17,367 nt of DNA, taken from the NCBI GenBank assembly GCA_043812915.1, contig JBDRLQ010000022.1, positions 1 to 17,367 on the forward strand. Reading direction: 5' to 3'. Positions 14,677 through 17,367 of this stretch are shown here, piece after piece (the stretch's first letter is position 1; every line of letters begins with the position of its first letter). The DNA is from Candidatus Micrarchaeota archaeon (GTDB lineage: Archaea; Micrarchaeota; Micrarchaeia; Anstonellales; Bilamarchaeaceae). The position numbers and the translations under genes are program-made. The notes beneath the pieces were generated by a model. It searched no databases and was not told the DNA's origin. It was given only the letters and a program-made list of their open reading frames with translations.

Positions 14677-15699
14677 TCATGCCCGCCCAATGATGTTGTT
14701 CACCGTGCTGTCCCTGCGCTTAAGGAGAACAACCTTGGAAACAGGGTCCTCCGATATCATGGAATACGAGGGCAGGCGCTCCTCGAGCAAAAGCGTCCAT
14801 TCCTTCACAAATTCATGCGGAGCGGTATTTCCCTCCTCCAGCCTCTGCCTGGACATGCCAAGGAACATGTAGGATTTCACCTCGATGAAATCCGGCCTTG
14901 CCATCTCGATCAGCGCCGCCCAGCTGGAAAAGTGCTTCTTGTCATCATTCAGCCCGCGGATGAGTGTCAGCCTTATCACGCTCCTGCACCTGAGCGAACC
15001 AAGCATCCCAAGGGTCCTCTTCAGCCTGCCCCACCCATCTGCATAGACCGGCCGGTTTATCTTCGTGAACAGTTCCTCGTTCGGCGCGCTCAGGGAAACA
15101 TAGAGCTGCGTTGGCAGACTATTCTCCTTTGACATCTTCTCAATCACGTCCGGCTCCTGCCCGTTGGTGACAATGAAGATGCTTTTCACTTCTCTGCGCC
15201 CGCGGAGGGCCTTGACGAGTTCGCCAATCCTCGGGTAGATTGTCGGCTCGCCGGAAAGTGAAATGGCCCAGTGGGACGGGAACTTAGAGAAGCTCTCTTC
15301 AAAGAGCTCCCTCTTGCAGTCTTCCGCGCCGCCTATCCCGCTGAGGACTTTCTTCCTCGCGGAGACCGTCTTTTCAATAATCTCTTCAGGTGAATCGACC
15401 TCTTCCTCGCCCATCTCGGTTTTCCTCATCCATTCCATCGGGCGCCAGCAGAATACGCAGTTCTCCTGGCACCAGGCAAGGGCGGGGGACATCTGGCAGC
15501 AGCGGTGGCACTCAACCCCGTAGAACTTCTGCTTGTAGCATACTCCGCCCCCGCGCAGCACCTTCTTGGTCCAGCCGCAAATCTGCACGCCTGAGTGGTT
15601 TCCGGCTATGCCATAGGCCGCGGACAGGTATCTCTTGCGGACATTCTCGTCGATGGTTATCTTTCCGCCGCTGTACTTCTCCTCAACCCTGCTCTCCAT
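14677..15699 (-). CDS. taw1: Radical SAM tRNA 4-demethylwyosine synthase (TYW1/Taw1)
   Basis: HSGVQICGWTK, CYKQKFYGVECHRCCQMSP, CQENCVFCWRP (CxxxCxxC), AISLSGEPTIYP, FIVTNG, PTQLYVSL, PDFIEVKSYMFLG; SD AGGTGG upstream. Confidence 0.97.
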   Translation of the reverse strand: MESRVEEKYSGGKITIDENVRKRYLSAAYGIAGNHSGVQICGWTKKVLRGGGVCYKQKFYGVECHRCCQMSPALAWCQENCVFCWRPMEWMRKTEMGEEEVDSPEEIIEKTVSARKKVLSGIGGAEDCKRELFEESFSKFPSHWAISLSGEPTIYPRIGELVKALRGRREVKSIFIVTNGQEPDVIEKMSKENSLPTQLYVSLSAPNEELFTKINRPVYADGWGRLKRTLGMLGSLRCRSVIRLTLIRGLNDDKKHFSSWAALIEMARPDFIEVKSYMFLGMSRQRLEEGNTAPHEFVKEWTLLLEERLPSYSMISEDPVSKVVLLKRRDSTVNNIIGRA

Positions 15700-15802
15700 C
15701 TTTCCACCTTGGAAAACTATTGCCTGCCCGGCATTAAAAACCGAACTGCCCCAGTCCGCTTTTATAATCCTTGCCTGCCATCATAATCGGGAGGTAACCA
15801 AC

Positions 15803-16804
15803 GTGGACAAGAGAGCAGACTTATTCATAAAGTTCATTTTCTCGCTGCTGCTTTTTGTGGCCGTCTTCTATCTTGTCGGATTTGAGAAGATTGCAGAAGT
15901 GCTCTTCAGCATGGACCTGGGGCTCTTCGCCCTCGCCTTGCTCTTATACGTATTCGTGAATCTGCTGATGTCGCTCAGAATCAGGCTGGTGCTCTCAAGC
16001 ATAGGGGAGAAACTTGGAATCAGGCAGATATTCCCATCCAGCCTCGCCGGCATGCTGGCATCGGATTTCACTCCCTCAAGGGCGGGATACTTCTTTACCG
16101 CCTTCTCGCTCAGTTCTAAATTCAACATCAAAATCGAGAAGACCATACTCGCGATATTCGGCCCGCAGCTCCTTGATTTTACCATAAAGTCTGTTTCAGC
16201 CGCGATTATGCTCGCGGTCATAATAAACTACTCCGGCTCAGACGGGATGCTCCTCAACATGGTACTCCTGCTGTTCGTCTTCAGCGCAATCGCGGTCGCG
16301 GGGCTGCTGGTCTTCTACCCCCCCTTCCTCGGGCGCCTGCGCTTTTTGGAGCACATCCCGCTGGCATCCAGGGCATTCGCCTTCCTGACCAGGATGCATG
16401 AGCACTCGGACAAGCTGCTTTCCATTAAATGGAAGATTCTTGGCATCACGCTCATGAACTGGCTCCTGAAGGGGGTGGAATGGTTCATTCTATCAAGGGC
16501 GATAAACCTTCATATCTCCGATAATCCGCTCTTCGACCTTGGCTTCATAATGATTTTCCAGGCCGCAATCACCATAATCCAGTTCGTCCCTCTCCCCACC
16601 CTTGCCGGGGCAGGCGCCAGCGAGGCGGGCTTTGCGGCAATCCTGTATTTCTTCGGGGTGCCTCTTGAGGTCGGGATAACCTTCGGGTTCCTAACCCGGC
16701 TGGTGATGATCATAATAGACGCCTTCGCCCTGCCGGTGCTGTACGATTTCGTCCACAAATACGGAGTGGAAGGGCTGCTATCGCACATTTCCAGCAAGGT
16801 CTGA
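15803..16804 (+). CDS. UPF0104 / lysylphosphatidylglycerol-synthase TM-domain (flippase-like, AglD2-type) protein (333 aa)
   Basis: Start re-assigned to GTG 15803 (SD GGAGGT upstream; avoids overlap with taw1). About 8 TMs; motifs FTPSRAG, PTLAGAGASEAG, LTRLV. Confidence 0.88.
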   Translation: MDKRADLFIKFIFSLLLFVAVFYLVGFEKIAEVLFSMDLGLFALALLLYVFVNLLMSLRIRLVLSSIGEKLGIRQIFPSSLAGMLASDFTPSRAGYFFTAFSLSSKFNIKIEKTILAIFGPQLLDFTIKSVSAAIMLAVIINYSGSDGMLLNMVLLLFVFSAIAVAGLLVFYPPFLGRLRFLEHIPLASRAFAFLTRMHEHSDKLLSIKWKILGITLMNWLLKGVEWFILSRAINLHISDNPLFDLGFIMIFQAAITIIQFVPLPTLAGAGASEAGFAAILYFFGVPLEVGITFGFLTRLVMIIIDAFALPVLYDFVHKYGVEGLLSHISSKV

Positions 16805-16807
16805 TGC

Positions 16808-17017
16808 TCAAGAGTCCTGGTAGATAAAATCCAGCGGTGGCAAAACAGTTTCCAGGTATTGCTCCTCTACGACTTCTGTGCTGCCATCCTCTTGGATTCT
16901 CTTTAGGGCAATAGATATACCTTATCTCCGGCCCCCATCCTCCATCGCCCTGTGGTTCGGTGGTTGTGCATCCTGGTAGCAATACAAAACAAGCAACATG
17001 CCGAAAAATATCCCCAT
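16808..17017 (-). pseudogene. Decayed/truncated lipoprotein-like gene
   Basis: SD GGTGA plus ATG 17017 gives MGIFFGMLLV. A shifted frame reads FVLLPGCTTTEPQG (lipobox-like). The original frame has TAA at 16924-16922 and then reads GISIALKRIQEDGSTEVVEEQYLETVLPPLDFIYQDS*. Confidence 0.45.
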
Positions 17018-17066
17018 AATTCACCAGTTTATTCTGATTTTTCCTTTTTCTTCTTATTGCTCCCAC

Positions 17067-17366
17067 TTATAGACTGGGCAATTTGGACTGGCCCTTTGCC
17101 TCCAGATAAACATCATAAACTATTAATAGGTCAAATATTATTGGGATGATTAGCAAAGAAAAGGCGCAAATGCCACCAAAAACACTTATCAAAGACAGCA
17201 ACATTCCCAAGAAAAAAGTGGTAATCAATACTACAAATACAACCCCCCAAGAAGCAATTAAGTAAACAATTCCTTTCCTGGTCTTTCCAATGTAAAAATA
17301 CCCTAAGGCCGGGGTTGCGAAAATAAACATACTTACTATTGACAATCCTGCCGCTATCCCGGGATC
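17067..17366 (-). CDS. TM2-domain-like membrane protein, 5' end beyond the window
   Basis: Frame is open to the window edge: DPGIAAGLSIVSMFIFATPALGYFYIGKTRKGIVYLI, matching the TM2 pattern P.IA..LS...LG.FY.G...KG. AT-rich sequence. Confidence 0.75.
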   Translation of the reverse strand, partial: DPGIAAGLSIVSMFIFATPALGYFYIGKTRKGIVYLIASWGVVFVVLITTFFLGMLLSLISVFGGICAFSLLIIPIIFDLLIVYDVYLEAKGQSKLPSL

Positions 17367-17367
17367 T

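Noticed and set aside
2692..15699. Functional tRNA-Phe cluster (pheS, dtdA, taw1)
   Set aside because: The genes are kilobases apart in separate transcription units; proximity is plausible by chance in a small genome.
15635..15802. N-terminal extension of the UPF0104 ORF
   Set aside because: Overlaps the taw1 start and the divergent promoter; SD GGAGGT supports GTG 15803.

Overview
Archaeal chromosomal window. It has TATA-box promoters, many apparently leaderless genes, and archaeal-type PheS, PurP, DTD2 and Taw1. Gene content and the orphan proteins suggest a DPANN lineage such as Micrarchaeota, which is an inference. From left to right: a PurP-family ligase missed by the ORF track (runs off the left edge); an orphan helical protein; a tightly coupled four-gene operon in which pheS sits among three uncharacterised membrane-anchored surface proteins; a single-TRAM protein with a structured leader; a divergent SDR / YgjP-M48 pair sharing one centred palindromic TATA box; a 428-aa orphan; a complete 1361-bp IS200/IS605-family (IS1341-type, tnpB-only) element; dtdA; a Yip1 protein; a dolichol-kinase-like plus PAP2 pair; taw1; a UPF0104 flippase-like protein; a decayed lipoprotein gene; and a partial TM2-domain gene. 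The best-supported observation is the IS element. Both ends, the TTTAA target and the omegaRNA guide can be read from the sequence. It sits immediately at the dtdA stop codon and supplies a replacement stop, and its TnpB tail/omegaRNA region carries an in-frame 48-nt double mini-hairpin that looks like an insert.
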